In this document: positions 28,115 through 37,959 of the stretch, one piece after another
How the letters are laid out: each line of letters starts with the position of its first letter
Numbering within the stretch: position 1 is the first letter of the stretch
Made by a program: the position numbers and the translations under genes
Source: a virus
Lineage: Duplodnaviria; Caudoviricetes
DNA length: 62,118 nt
Reading direction: 5' to 3' (one strand)
IMG/VR virus record: IMGVR_UViG_3300031902_000007
Location: 1 to 62,118 of that record
The notes under the pieces: generated by a model
The model's input: only the letters and a program-made list of their open reading frames with translations
Database searches by the model: none
Told to the model about the DNA's origin: nothing

Positions 28115-28819
28115 ATGGCCACTGGAGCAAGTGCGAATACGATGATCGCTCGGATCGCGTCCGAGCTCGGTCAGAGAACCGATCTAGCCCCGGGCGGGTC
28201 TAACCCGACCGTCATTACCAACGCGATCTCAGACGCTATCCAGATCTACCAGAAGGAGCGTTTTCGGTTCAACGAAAACCTCCCGCTGACGCCGTTCACG
28301 TTCATGACGGTGGCCGGGCAGCCGTATTATGACGTGACGCTGGTCCCGAACATCAAACTGCTCTACAAGATCGATTACCTCAACTACCTGCTTGGCCAGA
28401 CAACGCAGAAGATGGAGCGGCTGTTCCCTGAGGAAATCTACCTCGCGCTTTTGCAGGGCGCGACGGCCGGGCCGCCCTCCACGTTCGCATGGGATGGGCA
28501 ATCGATCATCATGTACCCAAATCCGAACATCCCGTACCTGATCACGGTGGGCGGCTATATGGCGCTGGCCGGTCCGGACCTGTCGATGCCGGCCGGGCTC
28601 ACCGACACAACCAATCCATGGATGAACGAGGCCGAGCGGTTGATCCGGTCGCGGGCGAAATATGAGATCGCGTTGCACTTCACCCGCAATGACAAGATGA
28701 TGTCGGCGATGTCCCCTGAGACTGGAAGCGGTGGCGCCAGTGAGCGGTATCTGAACGAGCTGGTCGGGGAGGCCAACAAGATCAGGGGGACGAGCCGCAT
28801 CAGAGGAATGAAATTCTGA
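28115..28819 (+). CDS. Head-tail adaptor / tail tubular protein A-like
   Basis: IASELG.RTDL, YPNPN, NPWMNEAERLIRSRAK; position. Confidence 0.7.
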   Translation: MATGASANTMIARIASELGQRTDLAPGGSNPTVITNAISDAIQIYQKERFRFNENLPLTPFTFMTVAGQPYYDVTLVPNIKLLYKIDYLNYLLGQTTQKMERLFPEEIYLALLQGATAGPPSTFAWDGQSIIMYPNPNIPYLITVGGYMALAGPDLSMPAGLTDTTNPWMNEAERLIRSRAKYEIALHFTRNDKMMSAMSPETGSGGASERYLNELVGEANKIRGTSRIRGMKF

Positions 28820-30528
28820 TGGCATCAAACTTCGTGCCGTTCACAGCGTTCAAGCCTGATCTGACGACGCTCGGAACGGATTCGTCGTCGGTTGTCAGTG
28901 GCGTTGTGCCGCGCGGTGACGGATTCGGACCTTTCAAATCGTTCCAGGCATTCACGCAGGCTCTGCCGGCGGCATGTCGCGGGTTCTTCTTCGCGCGCAA
29001 CACTGACGGATCGATCGCGGTTTTCGCCGGCACGTCCACGGACCTCTATAAGCTCGACAATACCAGCTTTATCTGGGTGAGGGTATCGAAGGGCGGGGTT
29101 TCCTATGGCACGCTGGTAGCCAGCGACAACTGGAGGTTTGCGCAGTTCGAAACCTTCGTGATCGCGGTGCAGCTCAACACGGTTCCGCAGAAATTCGTGC
29201 TTGGCTCAAGCAGTGCGTTCGGGGACCTCGGAGGGAGCCCGCCGCAGGCCTCGCATATCGCGATCGTCAACGGGTTCGTGCTGCTGACCGGGCTGCTGTC
29301 CAATCCACAGAGGGCGCAATGGTCGGACCTGTTCGGGCCCGAGACGTGGGCGGCCGGAACCGGGCTCGCGGACTTCCAGGATTTTCCGGACGGCGGCATC
29401 TGCCACCAATGCTCGGGCGGCGATGCTTACGGCGTGGTGTTCCAAGACGATGCGATCAGGACCTTGACCTATGCGCCTGGGTCGGCCGTGGTGTTCCAGA
29501 TCGCGCGGATATCAACTCAGGATACCCTGTTCGCTCAGTATTCCGTCATCAATGCGGGAACGCGAACGTTCTTCATCTCGGCGCAGGGGTTCAAGGTCAT
29601 CGTCGCGGGGGGCGAGCCGATTTCGATCGGGAAAGAACAGGTTGACAGGTTCTTTTTCGGGGATGTCGACGCGAACAATCTGCAGCTGATCATTGGCGCG
29701 GCCGATCCCACGGCGACGCGGGTTTATTGGGCCTATAAGTCGCAGCAGGGCAGCGCGGGGCTGTTCGACAAGCTGCTGTGCTTTGACTGGTCGGTGAAGG
29801 ATAGGCCTTGGACCTTGATCCCGATGTCAGGGCAATATCTCGGTTATCTGGCAAAGCCGGGGCTGACGCTGGAGGGGCTGGACGCAATCGCACCTGGCGG
29901 CCTCACGGTGCTCGGTGCGGCGTCGGGCACGGCGGGGCGGATCAGGTTGCAACTTGATGCGGTTTCGAATGCCAACTTCACGATTGCGGGGCAGAACTTC
30001 ATTGAGTTGCAGGGGGTAACGCCGTCTTACATGAACGGGTCTTGGCCACCGATCGCGGTCGATTCCACCCATATCGAATTGGGTGGGTCGACGTTCGCGG
30101 CGGCATGGGTGAGCGGCGGCCGGATCGGCGGTTCGCTTGACGCTCTGACGTTCTCGCTAGACAGCATATCGACGTCGGCTGTCTCGGCGCTATCGATGGT
30201 TGGTCCGAGTTCAACGCTCGGATTTTTCACCGGGCCGAATATCGAGGCGATCCTTGAGACGCCGGAGATCAACGAAGATTCGTTCGTGTTCATCGACGGA
30301 ATGACGCCGTTTACGGATTCGCCGGATGCGCTGGGTTCGATCGGTCATAGGAATCAGGCGCAAGGTGCGATCACCTACACGGGGGAGACCGCGGTCAACA
30401 GCCGTGGCGACTGTCCTCAAAATGTCGAGGCTCAATTCCTGAAGGCAAGGCTGCGGGTGCCGGCCGGGTCGGTGTGGACCTATGCGCGGGGGATTGAGCC
30501 GAACATTCAGGCGGCGGGGGATACCTGA
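28819..30528 (+). CDS. Tail nozzle / DNA stabilization protein (P22 gp10-like beta-propeller)
   Basis: Beta-rich; WRFAQF, QWSDL...W, DFQDFPDGG; position after adaptor. Confidence 0.75.
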   Translation: MASNFVPFTAFKPDLTTLGTDSSSVVSGVVPRGDGFGPFKSFQAFTQALPAACRGFFFARNTDGSIAVFAGTSTDLYKLDNTSFIWVRVSKGGVSYGTLVASDNWRFAQFETFVIAVQLNTVPQKFVLGSSSAFGDLGGSPPQASHIAIVNGFVLLTGLLSNPQRAQWSDLFGPETWAAGTGLADFQDFPDGGICHQCSGGDAYGVVFQDDAIRTLTYAPGSAVVFQIARISTQDTLFAQYSVINAGTRTFFISAQGFKVIVAGGEPISIGKEQVDRFFFGDVDANNLQLIIGAADPTATRVYWAYKSQQGSAGLFDKLLCFDWSVKDRPWTLIPMSGQYLGYLAKPGLTLEGLDAIAPGGLTVLGAASGTAGRIRLQLDAVSNANFTIAGQNFIELQGVTPSYMNGSWPPIAVDSTHIELGGSTFAAAWVSGGRIGGSLDALTFSLDSISTSAVSALSMVGPSSTLGFFTGPNIEAILETPEINEDSFVFIDGMTPFTDSPDALGSIGHRNQAQGAITYTGETAVNSRGDCPQNVEAQFLKARLRVPAGSVWTYARGIEPNIQAAGDT

Positions 30529-31388
30529 TGGCTGGATACGCTCCGTTCGGCATTCCTCCTGCTGCGCCTGATCCCGATGCCGCGCCGGCTCAATCTCCGT
30601 TTCCGCCCGAAGTCATGGCTATGCTGCTCGACCGCGCCAAATCTCTGATCCAACAGCCGGCGGCGCCTCAGCCATCGGCTGCGGATCAGGCTGCGATGTC
30701 TCCGGAGACCTATGCCAATCCGATGGTTTCACAGATGATCGGGAGCCTCGCCACCTTGCCCAAGCGCGCGATCGACGCCGCCGGGCATGACTTCGCTAAC
30801 CGTGGCACCGGAGCCGAGCCGCAATTGACCGGGCCTGCGCTGGAGGCCGGCATGCTGCCGATGGGGACAGGGGTGGTTACTGGCGTTCCAGTGCGCGCTG
30901 GAGAGACGGTGCTGAGTGCGGGTGCGGCACGTTCGCTAAAATTAGTTGATGATGGCGCGAAGATAAATATATCCCCTGAGGGGATGAAAATTCCTGATTA
31001 TGGCAAGGGAATGAGCTGGGGGCTTACGGCATACAGAACTACCCCGCAAGCGGGAGTACATGCCGGAACTCCAGCGCTAAAGATCAGGGATGTTCGGTTG
31101 CCGGAAGAGCTACAGGGCCAAGGAAATGGCCTCGCATTATATGAACAGGCCGCGAGATTAGCCGCAGATGAAGGGCGCGCTTTTCATAGCGATAGCACCG
31201 TCACTAAATCTGCTGTTGGACCATGGGCGGCTTTGAAGCGCAGGGGATATGATGTGCAGACTTCCCCGAATGTCATAGACCGCCAAGGGCCGCCAGAGGC
31301 CCCCCACTTGAGCAGATATGAGACCGCGAACGGAGACCCGGTTTTTTACATCTCCCCGCGCGGGATTGTGCGCGAGGACAAAACCTGA
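30528..31388 (+). CDS. Putative ejected protein with a C-terminal GNAT-like acetyltransferase domain
   Basis: Pro/Ala-rich N-terminus; VRLPEELQGQGNGLALY (motif A-like), SDSTVTKSAVGPWAAL. Confidence 0.6.
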   Translation: MAGYAPFGIPPAAPDPDAAPAQSPFPPEVMAMLLDRAKSLIQQPAAPQPSAADQAAMSPETYANPMVSQMIGSLATLPKRAIDAAGHDFANRGTGAEPQLTGPALEAGMLPMGTGVVTGVPVRAGETVLSAGAARSLKLVDDGAKINISPEGMKIPDYGKGMSWGLTAYRTTPQAGVHAGTPALKIRDVRLPEELQGQGNGLALYEQAARLAADEGRAFHSDSTVTKSAVGPWAALKRRGYDVQTSPNVIDRQGPPEAPHLSRYETANGDPVFYISPRGIVREDKT

Positions 31389-31699
31389 TGGCCATCCAGC
31401 TTCAGCCAACCGAGAAGAACCTCTACACCATCGTGCAGGCGATCATACAGCTTGTGACGGGGAGGCACAACGCGGGCGGCACAGTCACGCTGCGAGCAAA
31501 CCAGACGACAACGACCGTTACGCATCCCAATTGCAGCCGTGATTCCTACGTGACACTCGGTGCGCCGCAGACGGCCAATGCTGCGGCGGCGCTGGCGACG
31601 AGCTACGTATCCTCCGTGCTTCAAGGATCGTTTGTGATCACCCATGCATCGAATGCCCAGGTGGATAAAACGCTATTTTACATGGTGACCGGCGGATGA
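31388..31699 (+). CDS. Small tail-associated protein
   Basis: GTVTLRANQTTTTV...GSFVITH; coupling. Confidence 0.65.
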   Translation: MAIQLQPTEKNLYTIVQAIIQLVTGRHNAGGTVTLRANQTTTTVTHPNCSRDSYVTLGAPQTANAAAALATSYVSSVLQGSFVITHASNAQVDKTLFYMVTGG

Positions 31700-32109
31700 G
31701 CACCCTAGTAGTCACCGCGATCGAACCTCATATGGCCAGCAACCTATGGCCGCGCGTCCGCGACCTGATCGACGTCGGATATGCGGCCGGCGACAACTTC
31801 ATGCCGGAAAATATCCTTGAGCAAATCCGCTACGGGACGATCCTGCTTTGGATCGCGATCGACGAGGAAACCGGCCATATCCACGCCGCGATGACGACGG
31901 AGCTCGTACCGATGCGGTGCGGGCTGGTGTGCTGGATGGGACAGTGCGGCGGGGATCGGATGCAGGACTGGTCCCGATTCCATGTTCAAATTGAGGAATA
32001 CGCGAAAGCCGAAGGATGTGTTAAAACCGTGATTAAGGGGCGTCGGGGCTGGGAAAAAGTCCTAGACGGATACCGGATCAAATCCGTTCAACTGGAAAAA
32101 GTGCTCTAG
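31696..32109 (+). CDS. Acetyltransferase-fold virion assembly protein (T7 gp13-like position)
   Basis: IEEYAKAEGC...GRRGWEKVL motif; upstream of ejection genes. Confidence 0.65.
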   Translation: MSTLVVTAIEPHMASNLWPRVRDLIDVGYAAGDNFMPENILEQIRYGTILLWIAIDEETGHIHAAMTTELVPMRCGLVCWMGQCGGDRMQDWSRFHVQIEEYAKAEGCVKTVIKGRRGWEKVLDGYRIKSVQLEKVL

Positions 32110-32111
32110 AG

Positions 32112-33227
32112 ATGTCCGAAAGCAGCAAAACAACCGACCAGTCGCAGCAGAGCCAAACCTCTCCTTGGTCTGCGGCGCAGCCATTGCTGGATAAGGTACT
32201 GGGGCAATATGGCAGTCAGAGCACGGCTGTCACGCCTGGGCAATCCGATGCGCTGGCGAACCTGACGCAGGCGACGGCTGGACTTCCGAACTTCGGTTCG
32301 CAGGGCACTGGTGCGATCAACAACCTGTTTTCGAGCTCGACGGCGCCGCAAGTCGGGATGCTCAATCAGGCCTATGGCGACCTGAGGACCAATCTCGGCA
32401 GCACGGCGAGCGGCGCAAATCTGGACCCATATTCGACACCGGGCTTCGGCGACGCGCTGAAGACGATGACCAGCGATATCACCAACGCAACAAAGGGGGT
32501 GTATGCAGGGTCCGGCCGCGATCCCTCGGGAGCGGGATCGTTCGCCGGCACGCTTAGTCGCGGCCTGACACAGGGCCTCGCCCCGGTCATCCAGAGCCAG
32601 TACAATCAGAACTATCAGAACATGGCGAACGCCAACAATACGCTGTTCGGCGGGGCCGGGACGACGGCGAGCGGGATCAACAATCTCAACCAGACACAGC
32701 TGCAGAATGGGCTGGCCGGGATTGGGGCGGCCGGGTCGGTGCAAGGGCTCTACACCTCGCCGGCACAGGCTCAACTTGCCGCGGCGAACGCGCAGTATTC
32801 GCAGCCATATTCGAACCTTGCCGCGCTGTTGCAGCCCTCGACGGCGCTGGCCGGGCTCGGTTCGCAGTCGAGCGGGTCGGGAACGTCGACGTCCACATCG
32901 ACGCCGTCCACCATGGATTCGATCGGCGCTGGGATGAAACTGGCCGGGACGGGGGCGAGTTCGCTTGGGTCCCTGTTTGCATTGTCGGATGAGCGTGCGA
33001 AGGAAAACAAGGCAAAAGTCGGTGCTCTCCATGACGGTACACCGGTTTATTCCTTCAATTATATTGGGGACAAAAAACCTCAGATCGGCTTGATGGCACA
33101 GGAAACGCTTAAGCATACCCCGGAGGCTGTTCACAGTATTGGAGGAGTTCTGCACGTAGATTATGGAAAAGCTGCTGAGAGGTCGCGTCGAATGGCGCAT
33201 TCCAAAGTTGGGAAACTGGCGGCATGA
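32112..33227 (+). CDS. DNA pilot/ejection protein with a C-terminal S74-like chaperone domain
   Basis: Gln/Ser/Gly-rich body; SDERAKEN...VYSFNY...IGLMAQE...VDY tail. Confidence 0.7.
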   Translation: MSESSKTTDQSQQSQTSPWSAAQPLLDKVLGQYGSQSTAVTPGQSDALANLTQATAGLPNFGSQGTGAINNLFSSSTAPQVGMLNQAYGDLRTNLGSTASGANLDPYSTPGFGDALKTMTSDITNATKGVYAGSGRDPSGAGSFAGTLSRGLTQGLAPVIQSQYNQNYQNMANANNTLFGGAGTTASGINNLNQTQLQNGLAGIGAAGSVQGLYTSPAQAQLAAANAQYSQPYSNLAALLQPSTALAGLGSQSSGSGTSTSTSTPSTMDSIGAGMKLAGTGASSLGSLFALSDERAKENKAKVGALHDGTPVYSFNYIGDKKPQIGLMAQETLKHTPEAVHSIGGVLHVDYGKAAERSRRMAHSKVGKLAA

Positions 33228-33337
33228 GTAGTCATCCAGATGCAGTAACCGTGGCAATTGAAGCCGCAGAGGCTCGCACCATTGCTGGGAAAAAGTATTA
33301 TGGAGAATTTGATCCCAGTCAGAGAAACATAGTATGA
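33224..33337 (+). CDS. 37-aa ORF coupled to both neighbours
   Basis: Translated by hand (MSSHPDAVTVAIE...); ATGA overlaps at both ends. Confidence 0.35.
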   Translation: MSSHPDAVTVAIEAAEARTIAGKKYYGEFDPSQRNIV

Positions 33338-35127
33338 GCAGTTACCTGGACGAAATGTTGGCTAGTTTGAGGGACATGGCGCCGACGAATCCTGCTGCCT
33401 ATCCAACGTCGCAGCCAACAGAGCAATACACCGACTATTCGCAGGGCTGGCCGCAAGAAATGACGCGGCCGAAAGCGCAGTTCGGTGATATCCCGCAAGC
33501 CGCGCCGGCCGCCGCTCCGCAGATGCAAGCTCAAGCGCCGTTGCTCGGGCTTGAGGGCACGCTAGGAGCCAATCCGGCACCATTCTCGCTGGCTGGTCCG
33601 TCTGTGACGCCATCGCTTGCCGCGGCGCGTGAGATGACGGCGCAGCCTCCCATCCAGCCCGGCGGCGGATTGCCGATGCCGCCTCAAGCGGTGCCGCCTG
33701 CTGGGGAGGACGCTGGCTCAGGTGGGTCGCCTCCTGACGTTCCGCGGTCGGCGCCGATGGGGATTGCCGGACCTCCTGCAGCTCCCGCGGCTCCTCCTGC
33801 GGTCGCCGCCCCTGCTGATGAGCCCTCGTTCCTCGATAGCCTCAAGAGCGGCGCAAAGAGCATGGCACCGGCTTTGCTCGGCATGGGTGCTGCGCTGCAA
33901 GGCGATCAGGGCCATATGACGGCCGCGCTGATGAATCAGCAACAGGGTCTTGCCGAGCAGGCGCAGACCCAAAATCTGACGGCCAAGGCGCTGCTGGCAA
34001 AGGGCGTTGATCCGGCTACGGTCATGGCTGCGGTGCGCCAGCCTGATTTGCTGAAGGCCCTTGTCGGCGAGCACTTTGGCAAGTCCAAATACAAGATCCA
34101 AGTCGTCGGCGAGGACCAGTTCGGCGGCAAGACCTATGCGGCCGTCAACGAGAGTGACCCGACCGACGTCAAGACCTATGTCCCGGGCAAGGGGTTTGTC
34201 AGCGCTCCTATCGGCGAGGGCGGTGCCGGCGGTGAAGGCGAGGGCGCGTCTGGCCCTGGACCGGGCGGATATTTTGGCCCGGGTGTAAAAGAGCTAGACC
34301 CGGGCAAGACCGGAGACGACTATCTGTCTCAGTTCTCGCCGGAGGCTCAGGCCGCGGTCAAGAGCTATATCAATGGAGATTCCCAGCCGACCAGCAACCC
34401 GCGCAAGGGCTGGGCCGAAAACATCAAGAAGATAGCGCAGAAGTACGGCGGGGATATGGGAATCCCGGTCAACGATCAGCTTTTCAATCAAAAGAACAAC
34501 TTTATCAAAAGCTTGGGGAATACGAACAGCGGCGTCGGTATGCAGGTCAAGGGGTTCCAGCAAGGCTTGCACCACCTCGGAAGCGCGGCCGATGCGCTCG
34601 AAAAGATGGGTAATTGGGGTGGGTTCGGGTTCGGGCCGCTGGCCGAATGGGAAAACCGCGCTCGCCAACTCGGTACCGCTCAGGCGGGGCAGGCCGCGAA
34701 GGCCGCGGGTGAGATTCAGGCGCTGGCCGGCGAAACCGGAAAGCTGTTCTCGGGTTCGGCTGGCGGCGGCGTCGGCGAGCGCGCGGAGACCCGGGCCCGG
34801 TTCGATACGCGGAAATCGCCCATGGAGATCGCGGGCGCGCTGGAGGGCCAGCTCGAGCTGATGATGGGTGGCCTGCAGTCGCTTGAGCAACGCCGCGACG
34901 ACATTTTCGGGCCGAATGGCAAGGATGTGCGCGGGGCGAACTTCCTGGGACCGAAGGAGCAGGCCGAAGTTGCGCGCGTGCGGGGTATCATTGAGAAGCT
35001 TCGGGGTGGGAGTGAAGCGCCGGCCACAGCCGCACCGGTGCCGGTTGCGAGCAAGGCCGATTACGACAAGCTCCCAGCCGGAAGCCCGTATATCGCTCCT
35101 GATGGGTCGCACAGGGTCAAGAAGTGA
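33334..35127 (+). CDS. Ejection (internal virion) protein
   Basis: Pro/Ala/Gly-rich; YDKLPAGSPYIAPDG C-terminus. Confidence 0.7.
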   Translation: MSSYLDEMLASLRDMAPTNPAAYPTSQPTEQYTDYSQGWPQEMTRPKAQFGDIPQAAPAAAPQMQAQAPLLGLEGTLGANPAPFSLAGPSVTPSLAAAREMTAQPPIQPGGGLPMPPQAVPPAGEDAGSGGSPPDVPRSAPMGIAGPPAAPAAPPAVAAPADEPSFLDSLKSGAKSMAPALLGMGAALQGDQGHMTAALMNQQQGLAEQAQTQNLTAKALLAKGVDPATVMAAVRQPDLLKALVGEHFGKSKYKIQVVGEDQFGGKTYAAVNESDPTDVKTYVPGKGFVSAPIGEGGAGGEGEGASGPGPGGYFGPGVKELDPGKTGDDYLSQFSPEAQAAVKSYINGDSQPTSNPRKGWAENIKKIAQKYGGDMGIPVNDQLFNQKNNFIKSLGNTNSGVGMQVKGFQQGLHHLGSAADALEKMGNWGGFGFGPLAEWENRARQLGTAQAGQAAKAAGEIQALAGETGKLFSGSAGGGVGERAETRARFDTRKSPMEIAGALEGQLELMMGGLQSLEQRRDDIFGPNGKDVRGANFLGPKEQAEVARVRGIIEKLRGGSEAPATAAPVPVASKADYDKLPAGSPYIAPDGSHRVKK

Positions 35128-37835
35128 GCAACTTTTGGGAAGGTGACACGGTCGTTGCGGCTCCAAAAGGCGGTAACTTTTGGGATAGTGATCCCGTGAC
35201 TGCCGCTCCTGATCCGGTCACGGTGAACAAAGTGGCGCGGTCGGCTGCGTCTGGTGTCCCGATCGTTGGCGGGCTGCTGAACAAGCTTGACGCGGCGACG
35301 AACGCGACGCTTGCGCCCGTTGTTGAACCTTTCCTGACGCCCAGCAAGGAAGATATCAGCCGGCACGGCGAAACGTGGTCGCAGCGCTACGCCAAATCCA
35401 AGGCGATGCAGGACGCGGCTGATGCCCAGATGGCGGCTGAACATCCGATCGTCGATACTGCGGCCAAGATAGCGGGCGGCGTCGCCGGGACAATCCCGGC
35501 CATGACGGCGGCACCGGCGGCGTTCGGACTGACCGGGACGTTGCCGCAGATGGTTGTCCGAGGTGCAGCATCAAACGCGGCGCTAGGCGGAGTTGACGCG
35601 GCGGTCCGAGGTGAGAACCCGACGACGGCGGCGGCTATCGGCGGCGCTGTCGGAGCCGCCGCTCCCCTAGTTGCGCGCGGTGTCGGCGCTCTGGCGCGCG
35701 GGATCAAGGACTACCGCAATCCTCCTCCGGTCGTACCGCAGAACGTCGAACGGGTGGCTGGCGTCGATGTGCCGCTAACGACCGGGCAGGCCACGCTTGA
35801 CCCCCGTATCCAGTCCGAAGAGGAAGTGATGCGCCGCGGCGGCCGCGGGACGTCTGCGGAGGATATCGCGCGGCAGGCCGACCAGCAGGCGCAGCAGGCC
35901 GTGGCTGAGGCGAGCGGCAACATCTCCAAGTCGATGGACCCGACCGGCACGAGCGCCACCACGGCGCCGCAGGCGGCCGGCGGGGCGGTGCAGACCGAGT
36001 TGGCTGCTCAGGAGCAGGCGCGGCAGGCTGCGGCACAGGCGGAAGCTCTCCGGGTCCAGAATGAAGGTCAAAGCGTCGCTCAGGGGCTCGGTGGGGGCGC
36101 GGCTCCGGTATCCACGCTTGACGCTGCGGAGGGGACCGGGGCCGCTGTCGCCGCGAAAGCTGCGCAGGCCAAGGCCGACGCTCAGGCTGCCTATAAGGCG
36201 CGCGATGCCGTTCCTGGCGCGTTTGACGAGAGCGTACCGAAGGGGCTCGCGGAGGATATCCGCGGCCGGCTCAATCAGGGCGAAAACCCGCTCTGGGTTG
36301 ACCCGACGAACGAGTCGACGGCGAATAATGCGCTGAAGTTGATTGATCAGACATTGGGCAAGGATAGTGGGGTATTTGCTAATTCGGCCGCACCGATCGC
36401 GAAGGATACCGGCTCTGTCGCGGCTGCCGCCGAAGATGAGACCACGGCCGCACTGCGAAAGAAGTTCGGCGATGAGGTGGCGAACGCCTACGCAAAGCAA
36501 AATCCAGCACCGGTAACAGCCGTGCCGGTGGCTACTGCTTCGCCTGCCAAGCCGGTCGACCTCAAGACCATAGACGAGGCCCGTAAGCGGCTATCGACGA
36601 TGTTCGGCGATGCGAAGGCTGCAGCTATCCGCTCTGGCGACCGCTCCGACATGCGCGCCATGGGCAAAATCCTGCATGAGTTCGATAACTCGATCAGCGA
36701 CGCGCTGGAAAGCGGGAAGTTCTCGGGCGACGCGAAGCTTGCCAAGAAGTTGCAGGACGAGGCGCGGGCCGCGCATGCCGAGTATCGGCAGACGTTCTCT
36801 AGCCGCGGGCCGGGGGATGAAACCGGGCGGGCTGTCGAGAAAATCCTCGGAAAATACACGGACACGGCGGCGACGCCCGACGAAATCGCGGCCATGTCCT
36901 ACGGGCCAAAGGGCGAGCCGGGAGGCGGAAAAGCTGAACGGGTAGCCATTCGGCTGAAGAAAATCCTCGGCGATCAGTCCCCGGAATGGGGTCGGTACAA
37001 GCAAGGTCTATTCGCCCATGTCGTCGGGGATGATTCGCTATCTTCGGCTGAGAAGGCCGCACGAATTGACAAATTCCTGACTGGCCGCGGTCGAGGTCTG
37101 GCCAATGTCGCGCTCGAGCCGGCAGAAAAGCGGGCATTGGCGAGTTATTCGACCAGTCTCAAGGGCATTGAGCCGGCCGGCAAGCCTACTGATCGGGTCG
37201 GGAAGGCATTGCAGCGGATCACGGGAGCCGATGGTCATCCGCCGGCAACGAGTAACGAGGTCGTCAATACGCTGTTTTCGCGGAGCGCCAAGGGCGACGG
37301 TCTGTCAACCGAGCTCGCGGCCTATCTCAAGAAAAACCTGTCTCCGGCCAGTTGGTCGGCGCTGAAACAGGGCGCATTCGAGCACTTGGTGGCCACGCCG
37401 GAGGGCGCGAAGGACCTGACCAGCAACGGCATTGCGAAGCGGCTGAGCGCGTATCTCGATGGCGATCTGTCCAAGGTGCTGAACACGCCGGAAGAACTCG
37501 CCGAAATGCGGAAGCTGATGCTGGTGCATAACAAGCTGACGCCGTTGCCCGGCACCACGAACCCCTCGGGGAGCGCGTTCTTCGGGCAGAAGATGCTCAA
37601 GACTGCTGGCAAAAACTTGATGACGATGCTGGGTTTCGCCCATGGCGGGATCGGTGGCGCCGTGGTCGGGCACGGGCTTGACGCGGTCGGCGGCATGGTC
37701 AAGGACGCGCGGGCCGGCAAGCAGGCGACGCAATTGTTCTTCGGGAAGCAGGCGCGATCGCCAGTCGTACAGAGCCGGATACCGCAATTGCTTGCCCCGA
37801 CTATTTCGCAGCGGGCTCAAGGTAGCGCGCAATAA
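35124..37835 (+). CDS. Large ejection (internal virion) protein
   Basis: 903 aa, Ala/Gly-rich helical; duplicated NFW..D.V.AAP N-terminal motif. Confidence 0.75.
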   Translation: MSNFWEGDTVVAAPKGGNFWDSDPVTAAPDPVTVNKVARSAASGVPIVGGLLNKLDAATNATLAPVVEPFLTPSKEDISRHGETWSQRYAKSKAMQDAADAQMAAEHPIVDTAAKIAGGVAGTIPAMTAAPAAFGLTGTLPQMVVRGAASNAALGGVDAAVRGENPTTAAAIGGAVGAAAPLVARGVGALARGIKDYRNPPPVVPQNVERVAGVDVPLTTGQATLDPRIQSEEEVMRRGGRGTSAEDIARQADQQAQQAVAEASGNISKSMDPTGTSATTAPQAAGGAVQTELAAQEQARQAAAQAEALRVQNEGQSVAQGLGGGAAPVSTLDAAEGTGAAVAAKAAQAKADAQAAYKARDAVPGAFDESVPKGLAEDIRGRLNQGENPLWVDPTNESTANNALKLIDQTLGKDSGVFANSAAPIAKDTGSVAAAAEDETTAALRKKFGDEVANAYAKQNPAPVTAVPVATASPAKPVDLKTIDEARKRLSTMFGDAKAAAIRSGDRSDMRAMGKILHEFDNSISDALESGKFSGDAKLAKKLQDEARAAHAEYRQTFSSRGPGDETGRAVEKILGKYTDTAATPDEIAAMSYGPKGEPGGGKAERVAIRLKKILGDQSPEWGRYKQGLFAHVVGDDSLSSAEKAARIDKFLTGRGRGLANVALEPAEKRALASYSTSLKGIEPAGKPTDRVGKALQRITGADGHPPATSNEVVNTLFSRSAKGDGLSTELAAYLKKNLSPASWSALKQGAFEHLVATPEGAKDLTSNGIAKRLSAYLDGDLSKVLNTPEELAEMRKLMLVHNKLTPLPGTTNPSGSAFFGQKMLKTAGKNLMTMLGFAHGGIGGAVVGHGLDAVGGMVKDARAGKQATQLFFGKQARSPVVQSRIPQLLAPTISQRAQGSAQ

Positions 37836-37959
37836 AATAACAAGATAGGATGACGACGACGCTGGCCCACGGCCCAAATAGATAGACGAGTTCGATAGCG
37901 GCGAGTTTCAGGCCGAACAGGATCAGGAAGAGAGAGACTAGCAGCACCAATGGCCTCAA
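37801..37959 (-). CDS. 52-aa two-TM membrane protein antisense to the late operon
   Basis: Hand translation from TTG 37959: MRPLVLLVSLFLILFGLKLAAIELVYLFGPWASVVVILSCYFIARYLEPAAK*. Confidence 0.5.
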   Translation of the reverse strand: MRPLVLLVSLFLILFGLKLAAIELVYLFGPWASVVVILSCYFIARYLEPAAK

